Positions 10,362-24,334 are shown, counted from the stretch's first letter. The stretch: 44,724 nucleotides of DNA from Octopus bimaculoides (GCF_001194135.2 NC_068982.1:19304736-19349459); one strand, 5' to 3'. The notes: a model not told the origin generated them from the sequence alone. Numbers and translations: made by a program.

Positions 10362-13300
10362 GTGTATTTTGTAAATATAAATATCCAATATTTTACAACT
10401 ATAAGTTCTTATTTTCGTTCGTTTCATATATAAGGTTAAAAGATAAATAAAAAATCTCATATATGCCTATCCTTTTGATAAAATATTATTTGCCATACTA
10501 AATTTAGACTCTGTCAGCAGATCATGTCTTTCACAAATACTTTATTTGTTTGAAATATAGAGATGCAACTACCCTGTTATATTTTCAGCATTCTGAAACA
10601 TTACATTTTGGCGATATACTTACTTTGTACTAGATAATTAAAAGAGATATATCATTTAAAACGACAAAAATTGTACATGTGAGTCGTTGTGCATAAATGT
10701 GTACGCGCGTGTGTTGATGAGGGAAAGAAGCAAAGAGGCTTAGGTAATTTGAAATAGAAATATATATTTGAAATGAATAGTCGCAGCCCTTCTGGTTGGT
10801 TCACCATGTGCCAGCACTAGGATCCATTGTAGGTGTTCTGTTAATCATCATCGCGTTTTCATGAAATTCATTTATTTGTAAAAAAGATTCTATTAATCGG
10901 GTGTAATTAATTACTGTAGGAATTAGTTGGTACCAACAATTTTACGCAAATCCTATGAAAAGATGGAGACTTTTGCCGACGTGGATTTTCCCGATAAATA
11001 CGGACAATTATTAAATGATTAATATATTGAATAAATAGATATCCAGCTAGCTAGGTTATTTCGCACGCATATTAGAACAAATAACTATTGATTCATGCAT
11101 GTATTTGGCAGCACTAGAGAATAGGTTTCAATAATTAATGCACGAAACATGAAGCAATTCAATTTAATTATCTCGCTTGTTTCAAATACCTACCATTGAT
11201 TCATTTGCTTTATATACGTATATATACGGTCATGCACACTCGTACGCACGAAGACAAATACGCACAAACAGACAGACATGAACACACATGTCTGATATAA
11301 TCAGATATGTGAAAGACGCAGCGAGAATTGTAGAGGCTGAAACTAAACTCTAAAAGAATGTACTTTTCGTATAGATCAATCTCATGATACTTGTTCCTCG
11401 TCAGAGACGATGTATCACTATTCATTGCCTAGAAGAGAAATTTGAAACTATATCGCAAAATATGTAAATTTATGTCAGCAATGTATTAGGATGTAACATC
11501 TATAACCGCCCTAATCTGCATATAATTTATTTGGGGCGGCGCGTAGGATATACTTACATACATATATACATACATTCGTACATACATACCTACATTCGTA
11601 CATATTACATAAACAAACAGATAATTACAAGTGCATATACGTATGTATAGTATGTACACATAATATTGTAAATTTCAACATTTACTTAGCTTCTATCTAG
11701 GTTGAAGTAAACACATATTTACTATATTACACATTACTCTCTGTTGAAGTCTAAAACTGTTTGTCGTAGAAAAGAAGGAAGCAAATAATACAGACATTTG
11801 TAAGACTACAGTTGTTTTTGTTTGTGAAGACAATTTCGAGTGCCGTGAAAAGAGACCTTGTTCTGACATTTCCAACAGGGCAATTCTTAGAAGAATTGAG
11901 AAGTGTAATGGTGTTCAATAACTACAAGTATAATAAATGCAAAACAATAGAATTAATTAATTAAAAGAAAAGACGAAGAATAATACATAATGAAATATCA
12001 TCAACTATGAAACAATCCGTTTTATTTTGCGACAGCTTCAATATAGATATTATTGTTATATGTTTGAATCTGAAAAATCTATTGTTAAATTTAAAAACCA
12101 GAATTACAACGTCAACGATGAAGACGACGAGAACAATGTCGACGATGATAGATAATATCAACATCAGCATCAATAATTTCCTTATAAAATGAATACCAGA
12201 CGAGTGAATACTCAATAAAATCTAAATTAAAGAATAGACAATAGCAAATAGTATTGAGAATATAATGCTTTCGCTTTATTGCAAGTAAATTCTCTTTATT
12301 TACTTTTCTCATTTGGTTCATGTCAAAAACAAGTTAAGGTTATAAATATAATCATTAGTTTAGTACAATACATGTGAAAGTGAGAGAGGAGAGAGGGGGA
12401 TTTCTAATTTTTTTTCCAGTTTCCCATCAGTTTCAGTGTTAAGTTTCAAACGAATAACAAAACACTTCACAAATAATTCCAGCACAAAAGATGTACATTA
12501 TTTTGTACTAAATTGATTTGTTATTTGTACCAAATAGTTTGATCATAATTTGTAATTCTAGCATTGACATAAAAATCCTGGAATTATCTTTTACTCTTCG
12601 GAGAAATGTATATAGAATTGATTCAATCGTGTATTACAGGTACCACTACCATTATAATATACCTTCCAGCAAAGAGGAAAAACGCCAAGTTGTCGTCAAA
12701 AGCAAAAGTATTGAGAAAGCAAAAGTGCGTAATTAGTAAACGAAGTGTTAAACATAAAATGAGTACACCGCGGCGTAGAGCATGACATTTATTTATTATT
12801 TGTACATCATGAGAGAAATAGTGTGAAGAAGAAATGACATAGATAAATGTAGAGCTGTCAGCTTTAATCGGTTGCTGTTAAAAACAAATGTTTGTACAAT
12901 AATTGTTTAGCAATGCGTTATTATTGGTTGTTATAGGTAATACAAACGGCTCAACATAAAAATGCTAAAACCATTTCCGTCAGTTGTGTAACAAAGATTG
13001 CAGAAATGACAGCCAACATCTATTCCTGTATACACATATATTGACATATACTTGCGTGCACGCACACAAGTAGTATGTGTTTATTGAAAAGCTCTATCGT
13101 AGTGTGTATCTTATTACGTGATAGCTTATACCTATCGTGAACATGATCAAATAAAAACAGCACTGATCTGAGTGGTTACAACGCTGTAAATTAAGTGTTT
13201 TATTTCCTCTGTGTTGAATTATATGAGAATCCTTCTCTGGGCTGTGAGTATAGTGTGTAGATAGGTTTCATGAGTTTCTTTTGTGCGTCTCCGAATGAAG

Positions 13301-15112
13301 ACGCTAATTTATCACATACACAGCACGATGTACGTGCGTTATGGGACTAGCTGTATGTCTATATGCCAATTTCAAGAATTGAACTGCAATGGTAATAGCA
13401 GAAATAAAAGTTTTGAGTATCAATAAATTACTTCATTCCTTAACTATTCATTCAAAATTCATTTCTATGACTACAAGGAACATAGTAATATTAGTGGGTA
13501 ACGTTGAGAAAATTATCCCCATCTATCGAAATAATTATCCAGATTTCGCGTAATTAAATCAGAGACGTTTTGCTTTAGGAAATTAAAACATTTGAACTAT
13601 ATTTAAATCGAAACTGGATGATATGCACTAATAGTGGTTCATTCAATTTTATATCAGGATTTTATAGAATTTTGAATAATTATTTCTATTGACGAAGCAT
13701 TATCTACATATTTATACTGTCTTATAATTCAGCTCATGTCTCCATATGAAGCATATGCACTCTTAATTTATTGAAATGCTTAGTTAATAATTTTTTAAAT
13801 AATCATTTTGCTGTAGAAGAATTCATGAATAATTTTAAAACCTACGGAAACATCATTATTCATAACATTTTTTTTTTACAGTATTCTAAGAAGAATATTT
13901 TATATTTCGAATTCATCTCCTTAGTATATGTGGAAGGGACAACATCGATAAGTTCTCAGTACGACAAGCGAGATGTCAAAGTATCACGTTACACAGACTA
14001 CATTGTGATGAAACTAGTCAGCCAATTCTGCTTAGCTGTCAGCAGTGAATGAGCTGTTAAATTTAGATTATTACTAACTATGCCATTGACTGTAGAGATT
14101 GAAACTTGTGACTCTAATGTAAAGAGGCACGCTGCTGAAATAGGCTGTGCCAATTACCCAAATTGTAATGGCTAGTGATGACATCTATGTCAGATACACA
14201 AGACTCTGGTCATGACTAGAAATAATCCGATTTGAATAAATGTACATGGTACCTTGGAACTCCTTACATATTTAGTTCTATATACAGATATACATTTGAA
14301 TGAAACTAAACAACTCCAAGCTTTGAATTTTAGTAGGCCTTAACATGAAAACAGTTGTCGGGAGATTAGATTTAATACGTACATGACAATATAAGTGTTC
14401 TACAATTGAGTAGATTGGTTTATATATCTTTATGATATGACATTATCCTTTAAGCACGAAATACATTTGAACAACGACAGGTAACGTTGTTCATTTTTCT
14501 TTCAATCTATGTTATTTTAAATGAGATTTCCGTTAAACGTTATTTAGACATTTACGTTATTACTTTTTGCAGAAAAGTCCACTATTCATGTTACATTTAT
14601 GCATTCTAAAAGGCAAATCGTTGAGGGAGTGAAAGTGTTTCTGAATGATCTTACACGTTCATTTTTATTCATACATCGCGTAAAAATCCCATTGTACATA
14701 ACTTGTAAGAAAGCCTTCCTCTCTCTCTCTCTCACTCACTCTCTCTCTCACTCACTCTCTCTCTCACTCTCTCTCTCTCTCTCTCTCTCTGTATATATAT
14801 ATATATATATATANNNNNNNNNNNNNNNNNNNNNNNNNNNNNNNNNNNNNNNNNNNNNNNNNNNNNNNNNNNNNNNNNNNNNNNNNNNNNNNNNNNNNNN
14901 NNNNNNNNNNNNNNNNNNNNNNNNNNNNNNNNNNNNNNNNNNNNNNNNNNNNNNNNNNGGAAATAAACAAATAGTTAGGTATAAGATACTCTGTTACATA
15001 TCTATCATTGAAGATTTTAATATATATACTACTCTGTAATTCCGTACAATGAAAACGGACCATGCTTCTTTCTATCCAATAATGATTAAATATGAACTTA
15101 ATTCATCTGTGT

Positions 15113-15367
15113 GGAGGCGCGTGGCTTACTGGTTAGGGTGTCAGCATCATGATCGTAAGATTGTGGTTTCGATTCCTGGACCGGGCGACACGTTGTGTTC
15201 TTGTGCAAACACTTCCTTTCACGTTGCTCCAGTCCGCTCAGCTGGCACAAATAAATAACGCTGCGATGGACTGGTGTCCCGTCCAGCTGGGGAACACATA
15301 CGCCATTGAAACCGGGAAACCGGGCCCATGAGCCTGGTTAGGCTTTAAAAGGGCGCATTTATTTTAA
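15113..15367 (+). mobile_element. tRNA-derived SINE with V-domain-like core
   Basis: A-box-like GTGGCTTACTGGTTAGG and B-box-like GGTTTCGATTCC. The body has CTGCGATGGACTGGTGTCCCGTCCAG, which resembles the V-SINE central domain from recalled consensus (not a database search). Confidence 0.75.
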
Positions 15368-16004
15368 TTCCTCTGTATATAAAGTTGGCGACAAGAGCGT
15401 ACTGTTGCGACTGTACGCGGCAAAATTTAACTGTGTAGAAATCTTTCGATTGTTGTTGACATATCTTTCTGCTTTGTATACATATACTAACCTAAAACAT
15501 TGTACGAAAAAAGTAAATCCATATATTTATTGATTGCTCTATAATTTTTATAAACCTATATTTAGAGATTGGGTATATTTGTCATTCAATGAAATAAAAA
15601 ATATTTGTACAGATCTTAAAGTTTCTATTTACAGGATGAATCTATTCATCATTAAGGCAATTATTTTCGCATGTTTGCGTGCTTTCTTGTGACAGAATTG
15701 CTGCGATTAGCATATTAGTAAATTATTAATTTGTTGTAACCATCTACATAGAAAAAAAAAACAACAACAGCTACTATGGCAACAGCGTGGACAGCAGCAG
15801 CAACTACAATAATGATAAAAATGATTTCAAACATTGGCACATGGCCAGCAATTTCAGGATGATGAGTTTGCGATTTCGTATGTATTTAATTGGTACTTAT
15901 TGACCAAAAAAAAAAGAGGAAAGATAAAGTTGACCATGATAGGTTTTAAACTCAGAGATACGTTTTAAAGTGTTAGAAGAAAATATTCTCCCAGATTGCA
16001 GCCA

Positions 16005-16005
16005 C

Positions 16006-16058
<53 letters not shown>

Positions 16059-16187
16059 TAATGATAATAATAATATTAATAATAATAATGATGATGATGA
16101 TGATGATGATGATGATAATAATAATGATAATAATAATAATAATAATAATAATGATGATAATAATAATAATAATAAGAAGAAGAAGAA
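16005..16187. repeat. Compound (AAT)n/(GAT)n/(AAG)n microsatellite
   Basis: Directly visible. It produces the poly-N/D and poly-L ORFs in the track. Confidence 0.97.
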
Positions 16188-16340
16188 TGGTTTCAAATGT
16201 TTAGCACAAGGCTAACACTTTTGTGAGAGAAAGTTATTCTGCTACACCGACACCAATGCTCAAATAATATTTATTCTATCATCTTAGAAATAATGGAACG
16301 CATCGACAGTTGTTGCCTACAATTCGCACTCAAAATAATT
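16188..16340 (-). mobile_element. Diverged SINE family B copy (3' part)
   Basis: GGTTTCAAATGTTTAGCACAAGG...CTACACCGACACCAATGCTC...TTTATTCTATC resembles the reverse complement of the 24017-24200 and 34358-34550 copies. Confidence 0.6.
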
Positions 16341-17407
16341 TAATATTTAGTTTCAGCTTACACCCATTATTTCACACAGCTGTTAGTTATTCAGGAGCAG
16401 CTACATGAAACAGACTGATTTTACTGAAATATACACTGTGCAACGAAAATCTCGGACATATTGATTTTACACCAACTTCACATGTTCTTCTAACCAGGCA
16501 TGTCTTTCTCATTGGTATAAAATATGCATGTACATAAGCAACAAATTGTAAAGTATATACAACAACACAGACACACTCAAACACATTCAGGCGCCATAAA
16601 CACACACATACACGTACGCGTATATACACAAATGACAGATCATACTTTCAATGGTCAGGGGAAACAAAACATGTAAAAAGAAATTTTAAACTACAAAATC
16701 GAAAAAGAGATATGGCCTAAACAGGATTTGTAGTCAACACATGCACGCTCAAACAAACATATGTAGTCATTGATAGGAGAAATATTGAATAGTATATGTG
16801 GGATGAAAATTGGGCAATAATATGTTTGTCGTTGTTAAATAAATATCTGTTTGTAAGAATTATCGTAATTAAAAGCACATCAGGCAACGAGGATATTTAT
16901 CTTACAAAATGAAGATCATTTATGAGAACTGAGAAATAGCTGTCATGTTAATTGAAGAGTAATATTTTTTATATAATAATTTTGAAAGAATTATTATCTG
17001 AAATGTATTTTTCTTATTATGAAAATGTAAAATATTTCAGACTTTTTAACAGTTTAATGAACTGAATTTTATCAGAAACATTATTTTACATTTAAATGAT
17101 AATAGAGTTTTAAAGTTTTGTGCAGCCTCCCGTCAGCAATAGCAATAAAATGTATATTAAATTATTTCAGGTGATGTGAAAAATAGACTAAATATATATA
17201 TAAGATACATAACTCGGCTAAAGGCAATAAAAGTTTCAAATGACATCGTTTTTTCTCCACACTGTGTATTCCAAAACCTTACGAAAACGTGTTTAAAAAA
17301 CACGAGAAAGCGTACTATAAAACCAGAACAAAACCTTTCACATTGCTGTAAAAATCAACATAGTGCAAGTGTAAAATTCCGCATGTGATTCGCAGTAATT
17401 TTTTGTT

Positions 17408-17770
17408 TCTGTACTAGTTTCAGCTCTAGAGCTGCGGACATGCTGGAGCATCGCCATAAGCATTGCTACACCTTCACTACTTGAAACCTTGTCTGTTATG
17501 TGATATTTGGTGAGTGAGGGAGTTTGATGTTGTTGCCCTCCTCTGCGTTTCTTTTTCGCGAGGTAGGAAGGTTCAATCGAAACTCTTGAAAGGAGATACA
17601 TGTAGGACTCTCAAGTATTTTGGACGAATATTGAATAGTTTTCTGTTCTTGAAATCCAAGTTGTTGCAGTATCTGTTCCTACATCCTGATAGCAATGTCG
17701 GGACTTTTGCAACTATGCAGAGCTTCCTCGTTCAGCTATTTGTGTAACTTTCAATGCCAAAGTTTGTCAC
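17408..17770 (-). mobile_element. Interspersed repeat (probable LINE 3' end) sharing the family A SINE 3' tail
   Basis: Reverse-complement homologous to 25545-25925 (e.g. TTGGCATTGAAAGTTACA...TCTGCATAGTTGCAAA). It ends in GGCGATGCTCCAGCATGTCCGCAG...CTGAAACTAGTA, like the SINE A tail. Confidence 0.7.
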
Positions 17771-18188
17771 AATTTCTAGGATGTAGAATATGAAAGCGAT
17801 AGCAGTATTACACCACAAAAGAATTTGCTTTAGCTGATGACACCAATACCGAAGGAAATTTATAACCAACTAAAAGTGATTAAATGTAGAATATTATCTG
17901 TTTGGTTGGTTCAGACTGATTCAAGAGGCGATCAGCACATTTCTAGTTAATTTATAGATTGAAATAAAGATTATGGTAATAGAGGTTTCAAAAGAGGTTA
18001 ATAAATGATGTATAAGAGAAAATATGAAAACTAAAACTTATGTAGGTTAGTATTCTATATATTCAACTAAACGGGAATGTACTCTAGAAAGCCAGAAAAC
18101 TGCAGCACTCATCTGGAGAAAGCATAACTTATAGAAATTCTTTATTATTTCGCATGGGTTGATTGAATTATTTCTGCTTCTTTCCAAG

Positions 18189-18276
18189 ACTTTTGTTCAT
18201 ATGTTCTTTGTTTTGTACTTCCGAGTTGTAATGAGCTGTTCTCAACCAAATATAAATTGCCTTTCCAATACTGAAA
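18189..18276 (+). CDS. Possible exon (unknown product)
   Basis: Pyrimidine-rich acceptor TTTCTGCTTCTTTCCAAG| and consensus donor AAA|GTAAGT. One open frame: TFVHMFFVLYFRVVMSCSQPNINCLSNTE plus 1 nt. No homology recognised. Confidence 0.22.
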
Positions 18277-19127
18277 GTAAGTGTGTTGTAAATATGGGAT
18301 TATTCAAATTTTATAATAGTTTGACTTAATTATATTTCTTAATATCTTTAATGGAAGAGACATCCGTACTTATACTTTATTAATGGCATATTAATGAAAA
18401 GCATTATCAGCATTAAGGATATCATTAAAACCATATTCTATATCTGTTTTGCATGTTTTTACCATTTTGATTTGCATATTTCTAGATAAAGTAACTTATA
18501 TATTATCACAGAAACTATCCAGTGATAAATGGAATGTTGACTAAAGAGTCACACATTATAAACAATTGATTATAAATGTATGCCTCGATTAAACTTTGTT
18601 TTCTAGGTATACTAATTTAATTGTGAAGATTGCTTTCTACAAATCCCTGTTAAATTTTCTTTAAGGGGAGTTTCTAGGTTACAAGTTTCATTACAAATAT
18701 AATTTATGTGGAAGTTGCATTACATGAAAATTGCTGAAGTCATTTTCCCTGACTCGTGTTCAATCAATTCAACTTAAACTAAACTACAGGTTCTTAATTA
18801 CGAACTTTTTCAGATTGCCCTATGACTTTTCTGACTTATTTTTTAAATGAAACTTAATGCAAGTTTGCAGTACTTCAACATATAATATTATGTTAACTTC
18901 CCTTCATATTAATCGAATTTGCAATATCGCGTTAACAATGTCTATTGTATTCAGCATGGACCTATTTCTTTTCAAGAGAAATCATATCTTCTATAATTAG
19001 TAATAATGCACATCACTCATTTCACACAAACTTTTCTTGTGTTTAATAATTGGTACGAATCATATCAACTCAACTCCGGGCGTGAAATGAAGAAGCACAA
19101 TTATACTATTGTTGTCTAGGGTATTTT

Positions 19128-19179
<52 letters not shown>

Positions 19180-20685
19180 TTTTCGCCAGTGAGCAGATTT
19201 TTGTAATGTTACTTTAACTGTCCTTATTCAATCAAATGGCGAATATTTCTTGTATACGTGTTTAGTTAAACTTGGCTCTGAATTATAAATTTAAAACATG
19301 CAACATGTTTTAGAAAACTTGAAGCATGATACCCGTGTTCTGATTGAATAATTTTATTGCTTATTGTCGATCTTTTAGTTTTGATTAAATCAAATATTTT
19401 ATTATTTTATTCAAGTCTATTTTGCGAATTTCTGATGGTTCATTTTACCAATAATACTCACTTGCCTACTGTAACTATTCTTTACACCATGGCATATTCC
19501 ATTATTTGTATATGCAACTATCGTTCTTTTTTCTTCACACTGTGTGTAAAACCAGTTTGGCAAATTACTAAAGTCACTATCAACTTTACAATAATAATAA
19601 CCCATATTACACTAAATAGATTTTTATCCAGTTAATTTTTGACATTTATAATTGACTAAAAACACTTTACGCACACACATTCCAAACACATATGACTTCT
19701 TCAATACGTACGTACATATAATGTATGGTTTTAGGCATGAAAGTTTAATCTTAAGATTATGAATAGAAAATATCATGTTATTGAATGGTAGATCCAATAA
19801 ACAAGATTCGTCTATGATTCAAAGATTTGTATAAAAATTCTTATCTGTAGGGTTCTTTGGAAAGTCTTATTGTATAAAGCTATTTGAACATTCGTCTGCA
19901 ATTGTTCATCGTTACTAGAATAGCCAATATATTTAATATCACTATGTACTAATAAAAAGCCAACAGACTTAAGCGAATTTGCATTCATTTACAACTAACA
20001 GACGGAATGATTGAACGCCAGATGTTTAATCAAATGTAAAAGTTGTAGTTGTAATGTTGAAGCATAAAACGTTGATGTTGGTGTGAACACAATTATATTC
20101 ACAGACAAAAACACTCACACATTTATACACCCGCACGCACACACACATATACACGCACACACACATACACACACACACACACACACANNNNNNNNNNGAA
20201 AAAAGACGTCAGAATTTTGGAATATATATATGTTTATGTATTTATCAATATGTATGTGTGCATATATATATGCTGTGTCTGTAGAGTGTCATTATACCAA
20301 TGAAATTTAAAATAAACACACGAATTCACATTAAGAATCTTGCAAACCAATTGAAGAACCAAGTATATGTGAGTGTGTGTATGTGTGTGTGTGTATGTGT
20401 GTGTGTGTGTGCGTACGTGTGTGTATGTATATATATATATGGTGTGAGTGAGTGAAAAAGTAAATGAAACTTTTAAAAAATGGACAATTGCCTGAGGAAA
20501 TTAAAACCTATAAACGGACACGACTGTATATGTGTATTGAGCTAAACATCAATATGTGGTCAAAATGATCGATCAAATTTCGACAGTCACTTCTATATTA
20601 TGTCTAGTGATTTTAAATGAAAATTTATATATGTGGTATATATGCGTGCGTTTGTGTTCTTTTATTTGCATGTGTGTACTTTCAG

Positions 20686-20851
20686 TGTCCTCAAATATTT
20701 CATGGGCGAGAAACAAATGTTTTGTTTTGAAAAAATTAAGGCCTGCCATGGAATATCAATCTCACTATTTGGGACGAGATGGCTTCTACAGACAAAACAT
20801 TCTTTACTATTGTCAGAATTATAGTATCTGGGAAAGTTTACAAAGTTCAAC
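20686..20851 (+). CDS. Possible exon (unknown product), phase-compatible with 18189-18276
   Basis: Acceptor GTGTACTTTCAG| and donor CAAC|GTATGT. It lies within the 115-codon ORF 20556-20903 and translates SSNISWARNKCFVLKKLRPAMEYQSHYLGRDGFYRQNILYYCQNYSIWESLQSS. No homology recognised. Confidence 0.22.
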
Positions 20852-22082
20852 GTATGTGCTCTGGAATATTACTCTACCGTTATATCCTGCTCATGAAAGC
20901 TAACTTGCTTTAAACAAGGACTAACCTTATTCATACTGCTGGTATCTTTTCCTCTTGTTTCGTCACTTATTCTAGTCTTGTTTTCCATTACTCACTCTAT
21001 ATTCGCTGCAGATCTATAACAATCTAAAGGTGATCATCCACCTCATGACTCACTGATGGTCATGATCAGTATAAAGAAAAATAAAATCTCTTTGAACTTC
21101 ACTTTTCAAAAGAGACTAAAGAATTAAATTCTTAATTTTGTCATCTGTAAGATTCTCAAAATATCCTTGCACTGTATTATATAGACGTAGATGTAGGGAT
21201 GGTAAAGTGGTGATTCACACATAACTCTTTACTGAATATAACTGAATATTTACGAAGTTATAAATTACAAGAAAAAATTAAATAATTCCTTTTTAGAACT
21301 GTAATTGAAGCAAACAAGTTATAGATAAAAGTGTGAAAATATGGAGTTAAAAAGTCCCTTTGAATCGAAACGTGGGAAGCGGCTTGTGAGACACGAAACT
21401 ACATCTACTGTAGACATGAGTTTATATTCTTTAATATATATATATTTTAATATTGTATCAGCCGATGAATGGATAATTTACATTCGTTTCTTATCATTAA
21501 AATTTCAGCCCCAATATTGACAGTGAATCTAGATTTTGGCATAATTAGCGACATACGTTAGTATATATAAAAAGAAAATATAAAAATATTTCCTGTGCTT
21601 GTTTGCTTTGTCTTTCCTCTTATCAGTATGTAATGTCTCATTTTAACACTCAGTAAATGTCCTCAGTCGGATTTCTTTCCCATTCAAGTATCTTAGCATA
21701 GAGTTTCAAGATATTTTATGATCATTAGCACATGTGTACTATAACATGCCACTCCCAAGTGGCAGCTCAAAATCCTACTGACATCTAGTTTAAATATATT
21801 GTAACTAGCTTGAATGTATACTTATATTTCCAGGAATCTGTGCATATGATAGCTTCTGTAAAATAACTCATTTTCCACACACACAAAAAAAAACAACTTA
21901 TTTTGCCCACATAGGAAACGGGTCACATTTTCTTAAGCATTAATTGGAAAGTTTAAAGTGTAAGCCATTTGTTCCATAGATATTTTAGTGTACATGCAAT
22001 TCAGTCTTTATAACACCCCCTAATATGCTTCAGTAATGAAATAATGAGGATAATATTAACTACTACTTATTTCTACTATAGC

Positions 22083-22210
22083 CTCAAGGCGTGAGAATTT
22101 AGGGGAGGGGCTAGTCAAATACATGGACCACAGTGCTTGTTTGGTACTTAATGTATCGACCCAGAAATGATAAAACGCATAATTTCATCTCAGAGTCAAA
22201 GATGGACGGA
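22083..22210 (-). mobile_element. Diverged SINE family B fragment
   Basis: GGGGAGGGGCTAGTCAAATACATGGACCACAGTG...TGGTACTTAATGTATCGACCC matches the family B reverse complement. Confidence 0.65.
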
Positions 22211-24016
22211 ATTCTAGAGTATTCAATCCTTCTGAGATTTGTGAGAGGAGAGTGCAAATTATCATTAAAACGGTGACTTAACCTAATCTCTGTATAGGCG
22301 GTAACCCATAAAATCAACTAAGAGCTAAAGTGTGGTGTTAAAGTGGACGATAGATTGTGCTTACTCCATCAGTTTGATCTACTATTCCAAAACTGGTAGT
22401 TCGTTGGCTCACAATGCCCGTGAATATCTTGCATATATCACCGAGAAGAAATATAGATTGAGAAATTGAAATTTTACAGTAGGCTCTCCGAAGCCTAACG
22501 GTAATTATTCCAAGAAAAAGTGGAAATAATTTCAAAAAGTAATATCATACTTCAATTAAAATTTGAATTTTGTAAGCAGGCAATGAGATAGTTAAGGGAA
22601 GTGTTTACGTTTTTCTTTGTATCTCATCTAAACTCGAGACTAATCGATCAGCTGATATTTACGCAAAGAATAAAAGGATGCAAAGACCTTTAGCTATTCA
22701 GAATTTACATAATTAAAACGTTTAAATAAGATGTGGCAAATAACGCATGTGGAACAATAAATTTAGATAAATAATTTAATAATATAGTGATGATTTTCAG
22801 AAAAAATAAAATTATTTGATATTTCCCTTGTAGACAGAAAACAAACTTACTGGGAGCTAGGAGCGACTCTCGGAAAGGAATACTATTTTCATGCAATAGA
22901 AACTGTGTGGTATTTAGCAGTTCTATGCTAAATATTCCATACAGGTTATAAATATTTTTGCGAATATTTCATTGTAAAACGGCTTATGCGCTTTCTCAAA
23001 TATGCTTACTTTGATGTTGTAAGCTATATTTTTTTATTATGTACATAAAGTATGAATAATATATATAATGGCATAGTTTACAATTTATACTCCCTTATAT
23101 AATGCTTTCAACAGTGTCTATAGGTTTTCAAATATATATATGCTGTGATGGCAGCTTATAGTATATTTGAATAATATTTTCAAATTCAATGAAATATTTA
23201 TATTTATAATAGGATATACTATAACCGTAGCGTCTATGTTACATATTTAAAGCGATTAAATTTTTGTATATCTATATGATGTGACATAATATGCATCAAT
23301 ATTATCCTATATTTATTATGTCTATGGTGTAATAAGATATGTTACAAATATTAATAATAATACATTTTCAAATAAAATATCCAGGTTTTGAAATCTGTAT
23401 TCTGTAACTGCTATTCTGCAGAATATATAAAGTATAGAAAATACATTCTATAAATATATTCCGTAATTATTAGATAGTCAAAGAACTCCTGCACGTTTGA
23501 AATATTAATGCTGTGTTTTATCACACAACATTATTTCGCATATTGTCATAATAATGTGCTATAAATATACATTGGGATATATCATTTTGAAATATCTTAT
23601 GCATGTGAAGGATATATTTCTCAACATTACAATGAAATTAGTTTAACTTCTACACAAAATAACACCATGCCAAAATAAACAAAAGAAAATAGTGAAATGT
23701 CGGTATTTCAAACGTGAAAATGAGACTGTAGAGAGAATATCAGTTGAAAAGAAAATGTCGTATTAAACTTTCAGTTATAAAATGAAAGCAACTATAATAA
23801 TACAGTGTGTGATATAAGTTTGTACTGAATAATAAATCTAGTGTTACTTTTAATTTTGAACAATTTAAGTACAATTATTTTTTATTATTGCTATCAAAGG
23901 TTGCTAAATTTCCTTACTAAACACATGAGAGCTCTATTAAGTGCCAAAATTGTACCTTTCCCGAATTCGGCATGTTTGTTGTTGTTGTGGTTGTTGTTAT
24001 TATTATTATTATTACT

Positions 24017-24200
24017 AAGACGGCGAGCTGGCAGAATCGTTAGCACGCTGGACGAAATGCTTAGAGTTCAAATTCCGCCGAGGTCTACTTCGTCTTTTAT
24101 CCTTTCGGGGTCGATAATTAAGTACCAGTGAAACACTGGGGTCGATGAAATCGACCTAACCCCCTCCCCCAAGCTGCCTTTGTGGCAAAAATTCAAAATC
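24017..24200 (+). mobile_element. SINE family B (Meta-domain-like core)
   Basis: GGCGAGCTGGCAGAATCGTTAGCACG...GAGTTCAAATTCCGCCGAGGTC...ATCCTTTCGGGGTCGATAATTAAGTACCAG. The core resembles the MetaSINE domain from recalled consensus, and there are several copies in the window. Confidence 0.85.
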
Positions 24201-24215
24201 ATTATTGTTGCTGTA

Positions 24216-24265
<50 letters not shown>

Positions 24266-24291
24266 CATCATCATCATCATCATCATCATCG

Positions 24292-24334
<43 letters not shown>

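Noticed and set aside
11360-11410. Minus-strand CTGACGA...C-GAAA-AGTAC hammerhead-like spacing
   Set aside because: Stem II does not close, stem III does not pair and there is no stem I.
11703-12770. Short protein-looking frames (e.g. ICKTTVVFVCEDNFEC..., YETIRFILRQLQY..., GTTTIIIYLPAKRK...)
   Set aside because: They are bounded by stops, have no consistent splice phase and match no recognisable domain.
20725-20760. FVLKKLRPAMEY resembling the fibronectin type III LxPxTxY motif
   Set aside because: Spacing to the upstream Trp and the downstream residues does not fit an FN3 fold.
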